From sequence record KU886222.1: DNA of 32,000 nt, one strand, 5' to 3'. The notes beneath the pieces were generated by a model. The model searched no databases and had not been told where the DNA came from. It was given only the letters and a program-made list of their open reading frames with translations. This stretch comes from Erwinia phage vB_EamM_Special G. Shown in pieces: positions 1 through 9,055 of the stretch (position 1 is the first letter of the stretch; each line of letters begins with the position of its first letter). The position numbers were made by a program, and so were the translations under genes.

Positions 1-2
1 TT

Positions 3-437
3 AAAAGTAGATTGGTGGGTGCACACAAACTGTCTTATCTGCTATTCAAAGGGGATATTCCAGAAGGTATGGTAGTTAGACACACGTGCGATAACCCAGT
101 CTGTATTAACCCCTCTCATTTAATCGCGGGTACGGTAAAGCAAAACGTTCATGATGCAATAGCAAAAGGCCGTGCTTCTTTTCAGAATGTTATCAATTCA
201 TCGGTATGTAAGTTTCTGCCGGCCAACGCTATTATTATGGTAGATAGAAAGATAGGCCCACTACTATGTTATGCAACAACCCGGCGATTAGCCCTTGCTG
301 ATAATTCTAAAGTTTACTGGGGTCGTCCGTGTAGGTCACACGGCATGCCTTGGAGAAGAACCAGTAATGGCGAATGTGTCTATTGCAGACACGAATACCG
401 AGCAGGTGTGAAGTATACACCTAATGGAAAGAGGTGA
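3..437 (+). CDS. HNH homing endonuclease (HNH_3-like), 5' end truncated by window start
   Basis: Frame is open to the window edge (KSRLVGAHKLSYLLFKGDIPEGMVVRHTCDNPVCINPSHLIAGTVKQNVHDAI...), typical phage HNH core H..CDNP.CINP.HL..GT..(D/H)N. C-terminal C..H...C..C cluster. Confidence 0.85.
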   Translation, partial: KSRLVGAHKLSYLLFKGDIPEGMVVRHTCDNPVCINPSHLIAGTVKQNVHDAIAKGRASFQNVINSSVCKFLPANAIIMVDRKIGPLLCYATTRRLALADNSKVYWGRPCRSHGMPWRRTSNGECVYCRHEYRAGVKYTPNGKR

Positions 438-590
438 TCCCTTTATCTTCCGCGGGTGAGGGTTAGAACCCGGCTGTGGCCGCATAGCCAAAGTCGGTTA
501 ATCAAAGTCGACGGATTTGGATTACCCGGCGTGACTTGTCATTGTTTCACTTTGTTCTACTACACAAACAGCTCAACTCTCTCATAATTC

Positions 591-621
591 AAGGGGTGGG
601 GTAACTCACCCCTTTATGCCG
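591..621 (+). terminator. Hairpin AAGGGGTG/CACCCCTT followed by TTATGCCG (possible combined terminator and TATG-type promoter)
   Basis: Perfect 8-bp inverted repeat 591-598/607-614, then TTATGCCG at 614-621. Confidence 0.6.
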
Positions 622-636
622 CAAGGATCTATTATC

Positions 637-969
637 ATGCAGGAATTCTTCAAAAGCTACGGCACGTACTTCTTTGATGTACTCATGTTTATCATGGTGT
701 TCGCCTGGTGTTTCTGTGGCAGTGGCGGCACACGTCATGACAAAAACAAATGGTTGCGTTACGGCGCACCTGTTGCATTGGGTCTTTTTGTTGTGCTGGT
801 CGTCCACGGGTTTGGTGCATTTGATCGTTATCTGGAAAGGAATAAGTGCGCTGACTTACCAATAGGTGTCGGCGTAATGATTGAAGGCCGCTGCTACAAG
901 CGCGTTGATGGACCCGTGTACATATCCGCCGACAGTACCGTGTACAAGGAGAGCAATGTACATGACTGA
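637..969 (+). CDS. Small membrane protein, unknown function
   Basis: AAGGA before ATG at 637; two hydrophobic segments (YFFDVLMFIMVFAWCFCG; PVALGLFVVLVVHGFGAF). The track start at 616 is the ATG of the TTATGCCG motif and is less likely. Confidence 0.6.
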   Translation: MQEFFKSYGTYFFDVLMFIMVFAWCFCGSGGTRHDKNKWLRYGAPVALGLFVVLVVHGFGAFDRYLERNKCADLPIGVGVMIEGRCYKRVDGPVYISADSTVYKESNVHD

Positions 970-1165
970 TTTGTGGTTGTACATTGCAATCTTTCTGCTC
1001 TGTTATATCTGGGCATTCTTCGGTCTTCCACCTACCGGTAATAAAAGAAAGCTTTATCTGTATCCGGGAATCGTTGCAGTAGCGTTCTGTTTAGGTGTAA
1101 TGGCGATTAAGAACTGCAGTGATTCAACCACACGATATCAACCGCTGTACAACGTGCATCAATAA
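956..1165 (+). CDS. Small membrane protein, unknown function
   Basis: AAGGAG before ATG; overlaps end of previous ORF; hydrophobic segments LWLYIAIFLLCYIWAFFGL and GIVAVAFCLGVMAI. Confidence 0.55.
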   Translation: MYMTDLWLYIAIFLLCYIWAFFGLPPTGNKRKLYLYPGIVAVAFCLGVMAIKNCSDSTTRYQPLYNVHQ

Positions 1166-1168
1166 CGG

Positions 1169-1196
1169 GAGGAGGCTTTGGCCTCCTCTTATGCCG
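1169..1196 (+). terminator. Hairpin GAGGAGGC-TTTG-GCCTCCTC followed by TTATGCCG
   Basis: 8-bp perfect stem 1169-1176/1181-1188, then TTATGCCG. Confidence 0.75.
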
Positions 1197-1266
1197 ACTA
1201 TTCTTTTTTGGTTATTTCCTACATCTACCCGCAAATCATTTAGCCCATTATACACTGGAGTTGTTC

Positions 1267-1821
1267 ATGGAAAAGATTACGAGTGATACGATCCTTGCTA
1301 AGTTACGTGAGGTGGCAGAAACAAACAAAGAAAACCAACATCGGAAACTCCGCTCAATAAGCCAAACCATGGCGTACAACATTGAAGCGATCGTCGAGTT
1401 GATTGCCTTATCCGGTGAGATGCACCTTGATCTGCTTGATCGATACAAGGTTGATGCGATCATAGAGCCGCATTACAAAGGCAATCAACGGGCTTATAGT
1501 CGACTGAGTCATACCGCCTCTATTCACACGGGGATGGAGTACCTTGCCGGCAACGCGCACATCTACACCAACAACGAGGGTAAAGAAGCGGTACGAATCG
1601 TCTGTACCTTTAAGTTTAAACGCGACTTCCTGCAACCTAGCTTATTACCTAAGGTACTTCACTACTGTCTGCAGGAGCTTCAACCGCAGTTTGATGATGG
1701 CGGCAGTAGCGTCTTCTTCCACACACCGGGTGAGTTAGATAATCCCCGTCTTAAAGCCATTCCGGGCTGGCACGTCGACGCTAACGTCCGTGATAACTCC
1801 ATTGTCATTAGTTTACGTTAA
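1267..1821 (+). CDS. Hypothetical protein
   Basis: Long ORF, start MEKITSDTIL; position in + strand gene array. Confidence 0.65.
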   Translation: MEKITSDTILAKLREVAETNKENQHRKLRSISQTMAYNIEAIVELIALSGEMHLDLLDRYKVDAIIEPHYKGNQRAYSRLSHTASIHTGMEYLAGNAHIYTNNEGKEAVRIVCTFKFKRDFLQPSLLPKVLHYCLQELQPQFDDGGSSVFFHTPGELDNPRLKAIPGWHVDANVRDNSIVISLR

Positions 1822-1831
1822 GGAACCAAAC

Positions 1832-2542
1832 ATGATCGTTGTTGTTGTTGATACTGAATCGACTGCTTTGGATGAGCTCGCGGGTATTCTGAGTTTGTCC
1901 GCTATTCGCACTAACGTGGCTGACATGAGTTGCATCAAGCACCTGATCGGCGTGCACCAAGCCGGCAAGACGCATGACGACATCTTCCATGCCGTATTGA
2001 ACCTCAATGAACAATACGTGATGGGTCGTACCTTCTTGCAAAGCACGCAGGATTGGTGGATGAAGAAAACCACCCCGGCGGCGAAGGCTTCAGTAACCGG
2101 ACCAACGCAGTCTGCAAAAGATGCTTTGACAGCATTTGTGGTTTTCATCGAAAAGGCCATTGAGGCGACGATTAACGAACGCGGGGAGAAAGCGAAGGTC
2201 CAGCTGTACTACCGTGGCGACTTCGATGCTAAAGCCATTGCGTCCCTGGCAAAAGCGGTGGGTGTTGAACTCCCGTATATTTTCAATCAGAACAAAGAGA
2301 TCCGCACATATATCGATGCCAAGCTGGACACGGATATCGGTTATATCCCGTGGCTCGGTTACCCAGAAGGACTGGGGCGTCATAGCTCACTCGATGATGT
2401 TCTAATCGATGGCTTCGAGATGGCGGTGGCCTATCGCATCAATCACCTCGAAAAGTTCGATAAAAAGTCGGTGCCGGGCGAGATCGCCAAACTGAAAGAA
2501 ACGTACCCTGTTCCGGAGAAAACCCATGCAAAATCTAAATGA
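1832..2542 (+). CDS. Putative 3'-5' exonuclease, DnaQ-fold, Rv2179c-like
   Basis: RBS AAGGAA before ATG at 1832; VVDTES at N-terminus, S..DWWMKK, YYRGDFDAKAIASLAKAVGVELPYIFNQNKEIRTYIDA and H..LDDV resemble the Exo motifs of Rv2179c-like exonucleases. Confidence 0.6.
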   Translation: MIVVVVDTESTALDELAGILSLSAIRTNVADMSCIKHLIGVHQAGKTHDDIFHAVLNLNEQYVMGRTFLQSTQDWWMKKTTPAAKASVTGPTQSAKDALTAFVVFIEKAIEATINERGEKAKVQLYYRGDFDAKAIASLAKAVGVELPYIFNQNKEIRTYIDAKLDTDIGYIPWLGYPEGLGRHSSLDDVLIDGFEMAVAYRINHLEKFDKKSVPGEIAKLKETYPVPEKTHAKSK

Positions 2543-3248
2543 CCGTATCTTTGCCAATTATGATGGTTACATTGAAGCTATTGATGCGCATTTTAAACCT
2601 ACCTATCAACTGCAGCTGGCTGAGCAAGTCATCCCGGCTGAACAGATGGATAAGCTTGTAACCTGGATGGACCACAACGCCCATGTCAAGGGCGCAACCG
2701 TCTATCTGATGGAGTTGGTGCCTGATCTCGATAAACCGCATCCTGTGCAATCAGAGATGCGTGTGTTTATTGCACTCGGTATGTTTAATCGTGAAGTCAA
2801 CCCTGATTTGCCTTACTGGTGTCATGTACATCACCATTATCCGGTTAACCTCGCTGTCGACTTGATTGTTACTGACCTGCAAGGCGTTCCTGTAACCCAT
2901 GCCGTTCTGACTGCGTTTAAGTCATTTGATCGAGCGCGTACCTACAGGGATAATCTCGGCGGCAAAGGTGGACATCAACCGCATCACGAAATCCATACTG
3001 GCATTATTGACCAAAGTGGTAAGGTGATCTTCGAAGCCTACGGGAATATCAACTGGCATACCAAGAATGCCATTCGCCGGCTGGCTGAACGACAGATCCT
3101 ACAGGAAGATACCGAGTTGTCAGCGGTGTGGTTACTGGCGGGTTTAAAAGCAGGTGTCAACTGGAAAGTCGAAGACCACGTTGACATCATGAAGGCAATC
3201 GATACTTTCCGTCCGAGGAATACCCATGATTTTAACGGCTATGTTTAA
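2526..3248 (+). CDS. Hypothetical protein
   Basis: 240-aa ORF overlapping neighbours by a few bases, typical of phage operons. Confidence 0.65.
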   Translation: MQNLNDRIFANYDGYIEAIDAHFKPTYQLQLAEQVIPAEQMDKLVTWMDHNAHVKGATVYLMELVPDLDKPHPVQSEMRVFIALGMFNREVNPDLPYWCHVHHHYPVNLAVDLIVTDLQGVPVTHAVLTAFKSFDRARTYRDNLGGKGGHQPHHEIHTGIIDQSGKVIFEAYGNINWHTKNAIRRLAERQILQEDTELSAVWLLAGLKAGVNWKVEDHVDIMKAIDTFRPRNTHDFNGYV

Positions 3249-3990
3249 GAAGTGCTTTGGTGCGTCGTCTGTCTATAAAGAAGATGACGGCAGTACACGC
3301 ATTACCGCTGACCAGTATGAACTTACGCTGGGTCGATCCTACCATCCTAAGCTTAAGCGTAAGGTAGGTCGGGGTTTTGGTTTCTATGTCGAAAATGGCG
3401 AGAAGCTCGAGTTCGTCTTGCGGGGTTACTGGTTTGTGTTGATCGCCTGGAGCAAGAAGCGCAAATCACTCAAGTGGGACGAAGCGGAGAATGCACCGAC
3501 TTACGGCTTCAATGTTGTTGACTCTGACTTAGCGATCTATCTCGGCAACGAATCCGCTAAGTCAGACAAACACATCAGCATGCGTAGTCGTAGCAAATAT
3601 ATCCCCCTGCCCTGGGCCTGGACCTTCCATAAGCGTGAAGTGTTAACCACCCGTGACACCTGGGCTGATGTCAAAGAAGGTGCGTTGTCTCAAGAGTGGT
3701 CGTTCCCCGCCACATACGTCACCAAGCACAATGAAGTGCAAGAGATGATGATCGAAGCGAAGATGGAGCGCATGACCTGGCGCCTGGCATGGCTCCCTTG
3801 GTTCGTACCGGTTACCAAGAAAGACCGCTCGGCGAGTTACAAGTACCACGGGAACGGTGGTAACGGGGTTGGTCACGACGCCAGTGGCTGGAAAGGCGGG
3901 GTCATCGGTGGCGGGGTCATCATGCGAGACAATGAACACAACCCGAAAGAAACATTCGACCGTTTAATTAAAGAGCAGCATTACGGCTAA
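3241..3990 (+). CDS. Hypothetical protein
   Basis: Long ORF; ATG at 3241 overlaps end of previous gene. Confidence 0.7.
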   Translation: MFKKCFGASSVYKEDDGSTRITADQYELTLGRSYHPKLKRKVGRGFGFYVENGEKLEFVLRGYWFVLIAWSKKRKSLKWDEAENAPTYGFNVVDSDLAIYLGNESAKSDKHISMRSRSKYIPLPWAWTFHKREVLTTRDTWADVKEGALSQEWSFPATYVTKHNEVQEMMIEAKMERMTWRLAWLPWFVPVTKKDRSASYKYHGNGGNGVGHDASGWKGGVIGGGVIMRDNEHNPKETFDRLIKEQHYG

Positions 3991-4002
3991 GAAGGAAAAC
4001 AC

Positions 4003-5154
4003 ATGCGTCAGTATTTGGATGGGATTCGTTACATCTTTGAGAACGGGTCACAACGAGGGGATCGCACCGGGGTAGGTACGTTGTCGGTGTTCTCGATGAA
4101 GCAGACTTATGATCTGCGTCTGGGATTCCCACTGGTCACCAGTAAGAAAGTGCGTATCGATTTTATTATCGAAGAGCTCATCTCCTTCCTGTCGGGTAAT
4201 CCCGATATGCCGGGTGTGGGTATCTGGGATGATTGGCGTGTTAAAGACGAAGTCTCCCGTGAAGTCCCGTTAGAGAACCACGAGCGTTTAAAACTCTGGG
4301 TTGAGAAGTCGGACCTGAAGTATAACGTTGCTTACCTTCAACTCAATGCGATGGGTTCTGTCGAAGCGGGTCATCGTTTCCTGGATGAGCAAGGGATTCC
4401 GCGTAACAGGAAAGAAGTACTGGTAGCAGAAGGTGCACTCAATGCACCCTATGGGCCAGCGTGGCGTGCGTGGAAAGGTCGTCTGGGCGAAGTGCATGAT
4501 CAGATCGGTTATCTGCTCAAGTTGCTTAAAAACAATCCTACGAGTCGTCGTATGCTATTGTCTGCCTGGGACCCAGCGAACATGCCGGATGAGTCTATCA
4601 GCCCGCAGGATAACATCATTGATGGCAAGCCACCTCTGACTCCGTGTCATTGGGCGTTTGAGCTGTACACTGACGAAATCCTGGCAGAGGAACGCCTTGA
4701 TTGGGTCGAAGCTAACGCACCTAGCCTCTGGGAAGACTACAATGATCGTTCAGGACGTGGTCAATGGCTAGGCGACACAGACAGTAAGCGCCTTCATGAA
4801 TTCCTGGACGAAGCCGGCGTACCGAAGTATTACCTGGATCTGAAGTATCACCAGCGTTCATGTGACTATATGGTTGGCGTGCCGTATAACATCGCCAGCT
4901 ATGCGGTGTTGCAGCACATGTTCGCCGCCACCTGTAACATGATCCCGCGGATACTGGAAGCGGATATGACTAACATCCATATCTACAACTTCCACAAAAC
5001 CAATGCGGTCATGCAGGCCAGTCGCAGCCCACGCGCACTACCCACTCTGAAGGTACTCGCCGCTCACGATAAGTTGGAAGACTATACGTTGGAAGACTTT
5101 GAACTCGAAGGTTATGATCCGCATCCTTTTATTAAATATGAAAGAGCGGTCTGA
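4003..5154 (+). CDS. thyA: Thymidylate synthase (ThyA-type)
   Basis: RBS GAAGGAAA; RGDRTGVGTLSVFSMKQTYDL, LTPCHWAFELY (catalytic Cys), YHQRSCDYMVGVPYNIASYAVLQHM, DMTNIHIYNFH, all ThyA signatures. Confidence 0.95.
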   Translation: MRQYLDGIRYIFENGSQRGDRTGVGTLSVFSMKQTYDLRLGFPLVTSKKVRIDFIIEELISFLSGNPDMPGVGIWDDWRVKDEVSREVPLENHERLKLWVEKSDLKYNVAYLQLNAMGSVEAGHRFLDEQGIPRNRKEVLVAEGALNAPYGPAWRAWKGRLGEVHDQIGYLLKLLKNNPTSRRMLLSAWDPANMPDESISPQDNIIDGKPPLTPCHWAFELYTDEILAEERLDWVEANAPSLWEDYNDRSGRGQWLGDTDSKRLHEFLDEAGVPKYYLDLKYHQRSCDYMVGVPYNIASYAVLQHMFAATCNMIPRILEADMTNIHIYNFHKTNAVMQASRSPRALPTLKVLAAHDKLEDYTLEDFELEGYDPHPFIKYERAV

Positions 5155-5186
5155 TCCACTGGTACGTTGAAGGGAGCACAACGGTA

Positions 5187-5552
5187 ATGAAGAGAGAGTC
5201 CAGTTACACCCTGGTCTTTGGGGAAGGCAGTACTGAAGAAGATGTCAATACCCTGCGTGAGATGGTGTCACACATGCGGGGGTTGACCGGGTTGTCGCAA
5301 CTGGGGGCGTTTGAGGTGTTCGTTACCCATTATGAATTGCAACGTAAAGACGCAGGGCTAATCACCAGTAATCTTCCGGTGAATGCACAGTCGTTGTTTG
5401 ATGTCAGTGATCGACAGAACTGGCTGACACCGCTGTTCACTTCACGGGGGTTAGTGGCGTGTGACTTGTTGTTGTTACTGAAGCAAGGCAAATGGACCGG
5501 AGAACACCTCAAGGTGACCTTTCGGGTAAAAGGCATCAGGGCGAAAGCATAA
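5187..5552 (+). CDS. Hypothetical protein
   Basis: 121-aa ORF preceded by AGGGAG and followed by a hairpin. Confidence 0.6.
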   Translation: MKRESSYTLVFGEGSTEEDVNTLREMVSHMRGLTGLSQLGAFEVFVTHYELQRKDAGLITSNLPVNAQSLFDVSDRQNWLTPLFTSRGLVACDLLLLLKQGKWTGEHLKVTFRVKGIRAKA

Positions 5553-5558
5553 CGCATA

Positions 5559-5586
5559 CGGAGGGGTCATTCCCTCCGCTATGCCG
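5559..5586 (+). terminator. Hairpin CGGAGGG/CCCTCCG followed by CTATGCCG
   Basis: 7-bp stem 5559-5565/5572-5578, then CTATGCCG. Confidence 0.65.
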
Positions 5587-5684
5587 ATTAAGTTTTTGAC
5601 AAAGTTTACTGCAGATCTTTTCAGACCTATATCACGTCGGTGAATAACCTTTCACTAATTAACCAATCCGTAGGGAGTTTTATC

Positions 5685-7061
5685 ATGGCTGCATTAAAAT
5701 CTAAAGTTGAACTGTTTCACTGGTATCAGGAACTGAAAACTGAATTTAAAACCGGCAAGATTACCGTGTTCGAATTTGAGCGGCAAGTGCTCAGCGAAAT
5801 TCTTTCCCTGACCGATACTGGTAAAACACCATCTACTGCCAAAATCAGTTTGGTAGTGGACATCCTTAATTCTGTGGTTTTTGATCATGTGTTTACCGCA
5901 GACGGTATCATTGACCTGGACAACATGCTCGCTCGTGAACACGTACGCAACATTTCGGAATTGACGGCAGCACGCAATAACTTTATTACCATACAAGCCC
6001 AGGCCCGTCTGAACAAAGAAAAGGAACAGACTGCGAAACCAGCAGAGCAGAAGGCATTTGCCAAGTTTCCAACGAAAGAAGAGCTCGAATATTGGGTTAA
6101 TGCCAGAAAGCTATTCCGTTATGGTAACCCCAATACGCTCGGCACTGAAGCATACCAGGAGGTTGTCAAATACTGGCATCTGGTCGATAAATATCTGGGT
6201 ACATTAAAACTGGAACTGGATCACACCGACCCTAACTACGTCGATAACATCTTGTTGATTGACTACTTTGTATCGTTGGTCGCCAAGCAAGAGGTTCCTG
6301 AGGAAGAACGCAGGCATCTGAAAGACACACTTAGCAGTCTATATGCGTGCCCCATTAAAACCCCACACATCGATGCATTTGTCGAACGTGGCCAACACCC
6401 CCTTCCAGTTAAGCCAAAACAACCACCCATCGCGCAACAAGCCATCGACCGCGCTATTGCCTGGCGTGAAGAGGAAACCAAAACAAACCATCAGCAAAAA
6501 GACATATTACGAGAATTCGCCGATCAATACTGTCCGGTAATGGTGGCCAAGCAACATGCCACTCAGCAGTTGTTTGATTTCGTTGCTCGTGCGGTGAAAC
6601 GTGTCTTGACCGCCATTGCTCAGCCAAACAACCCGGAAGACGCCGAGATGCTGGCAAAAGGTCATGCCATCAACATTCTCAATGTTAAGCATGGTGTAAT
6701 TGGTGTCAGTACCACGATTACCAGAAACGGTCTGGTCAAGTTACGCATCTTCGCTGAACGTGAACTATGTAACGAGGACTACGGTATTCCGACTCTGTCG
6801 TATAATCAAGTCCGTCAATCACCTCATGCAACGTTCAGCATACCAGTGCCGGCACTGATAGATGGGTTCATTAACATGTGGGATATCCCTAATCAGGCCC
6901 CTCGCCATATGCATAATAGCGTAGGCGGTATGTTGGGTAATCCCTATCCGTTACAGCAGCTTGATGGTTTGATGTCAGCTATTGCAAGAGAAGCAGCCGA
7001 GTACGGCGTTACGCCTACTTATGGCAGTACTGAAGACAGCCTTATCGTTGTTCTCCATTAA
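5685..7061 (+). CDS. Hypothetical protein, N-terminal domain shared with next gene
   Basis: Long ORF; AGGGAG before ATG at 5685. Confidence 0.75.
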   Translation: MAALKSKVELFHWYQELKTEFKTGKITVFEFERQVLSEILSLTDTGKTPSTAKISLVVDILNSVVFDHVFTADGIIDLDNMLAREHVRNISELTAARNNFITIQAQARLNKEKEQTAKPAEQKAFAKFPTKEELEYWVNARKLFRYGNPNTLGTEAYQEVVKYWHLVDKYLGTLKLELDHTDPNYVDNILLIDYFVSLVAKQEVPEEERRHLKDTLSSLYACPIKTPHIDAFVERGQHPLPVKPKQPPIAQQAIDRAIAWREEETKTNHQQKDILREFADQYCPVMVAKQHATQQLFDFVARAVKRVLTAIAQPNNPEDAEMLAKGHAINILNVKHGVIGVSTTITRNGLVKLRIFAERELCNEDYGIPTLSYNQVRQSPHATFSIPVPALIDGFINMWDIPNQAPRHMHNSVGGMLGNPYPLQQLDGLMSAIAREAAEYGVTPTYGSTEDSLIVVLH

Positions 7062-7069
7062 TCCACACG

Positions 7070-7096
7070 GGGAGGTTCGCCTCCCTTTTATTTTTT
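7070..7096 (+). terminator. Rho-independent terminator GGGAGG-TTCG-CCTCCC TTTTATTTTTT
   Basis: Perfect 6-bp stem with TTCG tetraloop and T-rich tail. Confidence 0.8.
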
Positions 7097-7122
7097 AATT
7101 AACCTACTGTGAGAATTTAACC

Positions 7123-7824
7123 ATGAACAAAGAAACTTATACTACCTGGTACAATGGATTAAAAGAAAGATTGGCGGCAGGTGACATTGATCAAGTTACT
7201 TATGAATCGCTTATCATCAGTAATCTTCATTCGTTGCTGACTCGACACAGACATACCCGGCACGATATTAACCATCTGCCGTTACCAAAACATTTCGAAC
7301 TGATTAACCATTATTTCGAACTGATTGCTGATGCAGAAATGTCAGAAAGAAATGCCAGACATTTAGTCTCTTTTGTGGCCAGTATTATCGAGGCGATCCC
7401 GGCAGCCAGGGCATTCGGAAAGAAACATAACACACCACTACCCCCTTCTAAGGAAGAGCTCGAGGGTAAACTTGCTTGGGGACGTAAGAAAGTCGCTACC
7501 CCAACTGAAGCGATGCGTGGTCGTCCGGTGATCACCCAGGTCAACGAACCTGAGAACGAAGTAACCATTGAACTACCCTGGAAAACCGCATTGCACGTTT
7601 ACAAAGGGTTCCTGGTAAAGGCACTGATGTCAAAGCACGGATACCAATACAGTGATGCGTATAACCACATTACTGATCATCAGAACAAATACGACGAACT
7701 CTTGGCAGAAGTCCTCAACGACATTATTGCTAATAAAGAGTCGCATCTGGTGTCGGTAGGTGGCGGCATCACTGCAGCGGGTACTGGTCTGGTGGTAAGC
7801 GGGATTATTAAGCCGGAGGAATGA
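7123..7824 (+). CDS. Hypothetical protein, paralogue of 5685..7061 N-terminus
   Basis: WYNGLKERLAAGDIDQVTYESLIISNLHSL compares with WYQELKTEFKTGKITVFEFERQVLSEILSL upstream. Confidence 0.7.
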   Translation: MNKETYTTWYNGLKERLAAGDIDQVTYESLIISNLHSLLTRHRHTRHDINHLPLPKHFELINHYFELIADAEMSERNARHLVSFVASIIEAIPAARAFGKKHNTPLPPSKEELEGKLAWGRKKVATPTEAMRGRPVITQVNEPENEVTIELPWKTALHVYKGFLVKALMSKHGYQYSDAYNHITDHQNKYDELLAEVLNDIIANKESHLVSVGGGITAAGTGLVVSGIIKPEE

Positions 7825-8384
7825 TGAAAGGAGAGATAGAGACACGCTTCAGAAGACACTACGGCAACCACATTAAACGGGGTAGTGATATCGCAGTGCC
7901 TTTATACCACATTAGTCTACAGAATGACTTGGAGGGGCTATGGCGACCTAAAGCCCCTGACTCGCCATTTGATATTCCGAAGAAACCCAGCATCATTACT
8001 GAAATGCCGCTCCCGCGTATCTGTGTAGCACCATCTATCGAACAGTGCTTCTGGGCAATCTATCCCAATATCTCTAAGTTCTTTGAAGAGGAAGAATACG
8101 CTGCGGTTTGTTTTGCGGTTTATCAACCGATTCTGCATGCCGGTATTGCTGTCGTGGATACCAGTACGTTAACGCAATGCCGACTGGTGCACGATGCACA
8201 TATTACCGGCGAGCATTGGTTACTCAGTGATACCACCATGTGTGTGATTGACTTTATTCAGGTTAAGAACACTTCACACGGTGAGTTCGTAAAGTTCCAT
8301 CCGTTTGATACTCCGGCTGGTAACGAGTGGGAACTTGCCCCTAAAAATGTTGTTTATCATTCACTTAAATTAACGGAGTTGTAA
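7821..8384 (+). CDS. Hypothetical protein with LYHIS N-terminal motif
   Basis: ORF starting with overlap of previous stop; VPLYHISLQNDLEGLWRPKAPD...PRICVAPSIEQCF. Confidence 0.7.
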   Translation: MMKGEIETRFRRHYGNHIKRGSDIAVPLYHISLQNDLEGLWRPKAPDSPFDIPKKPSIITEMPLPRICVAPSIEQCFWAIYPNISKFFEEEEYAAVCFAVYQPILHAGIAVVDTSTLTQCRLVHDAHITGEHWLLSDTTMCVIDFIQVKNTSHGEFVKFHPFDTPAGNEWELAPKNVVYHSLKLTEL

Positions 8385-8388
8385 ATCC

Positions 8389-9033
8389 ATGGTAACTGCT
8401 AGAAAAGCTAATAAGACCTTAGGTGAGCACGCGGTGGCTCATGAGGCAGTAACACGCTTAGGTAGCAACAAGAAAGTCAAACCAGCTAAGCCGCTTTGGA
8501 CACTGGAGAACATCGAGGACAATCTGGTTGGTCAAGGTATCCTTGCCTACTTGAAACGCCACACGTCGTTATCGATCCGTGACATCAACACCGCGGCTAA
8601 CCGCCTGACGAAGATTGCTGATTCAGATATAAAGGAAGGGAAAGCGCGTGATTACGTGGCACGAGTTATTGGGTACAACAATTACGACGCTCTCAACGTC
8701 ACCGTTCGTGCAGCGGTACCTGTGCGCAATCATGTACAACGTCGTAAAGCAAATAAGCCGGTCACAGAGCTGCTGATAGAAGACGAGGAACTACCGCCGG
8801 TAACACATACTGAAATCAACCCCTTGGTGATGTTAGCCCTACAGCGTGAGATCTCTAAACGCGGCTTTCGTCTCCTGGGCAAGAACTACCGGGCCTTCGT
8901 TAACAAGGATAACCCCGAGCACACTTTTACGTTGATGCAGGCGTATAACTACCTTGCCAAACAACTGGGTTATCCGGACTATCACTCTATGCCCCGTCAA
9001 TACCCAATCATTAACTTGCGCTACGTCGATTAA
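8389..9033 (+). CDS. Hypothetical protein with two LGY..Y..(L/M) motifs
   Basis: 214-aa ORF; YVARVIGYNNYDAL and YLAKQLGYPDYHSM. Confidence 0.65.
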   Translation: MVTARKANKTLGEHAVAHEAVTRLGSNKKVKPAKPLWTLENIEDNLVGQGILAYLKRHTSLSIRDINTAANRLTKIADSDIKEGKARDYVARVIGYNNYDALNVTVRAAVPVRNHVQRRKANKPVTELLIEDEELPPVTHTEINPLVMLALQREISKRGFRLLGKNYRAFVNKDNPEHTFTLMQAYNYLAKQLGYPDYHSMPRQYPIINLRYVD

Positions 9034-9055
9034 CCTATTGTAAGGAATAAAGAAC

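Noticed and set aside
616-636. ATG at 616 as the start of the first small membrane gene
   Set aside because: That ATG is part of the recurrent TTATGCCG motif; the ATG at 637 has an AAGGA ribosome-binding site.
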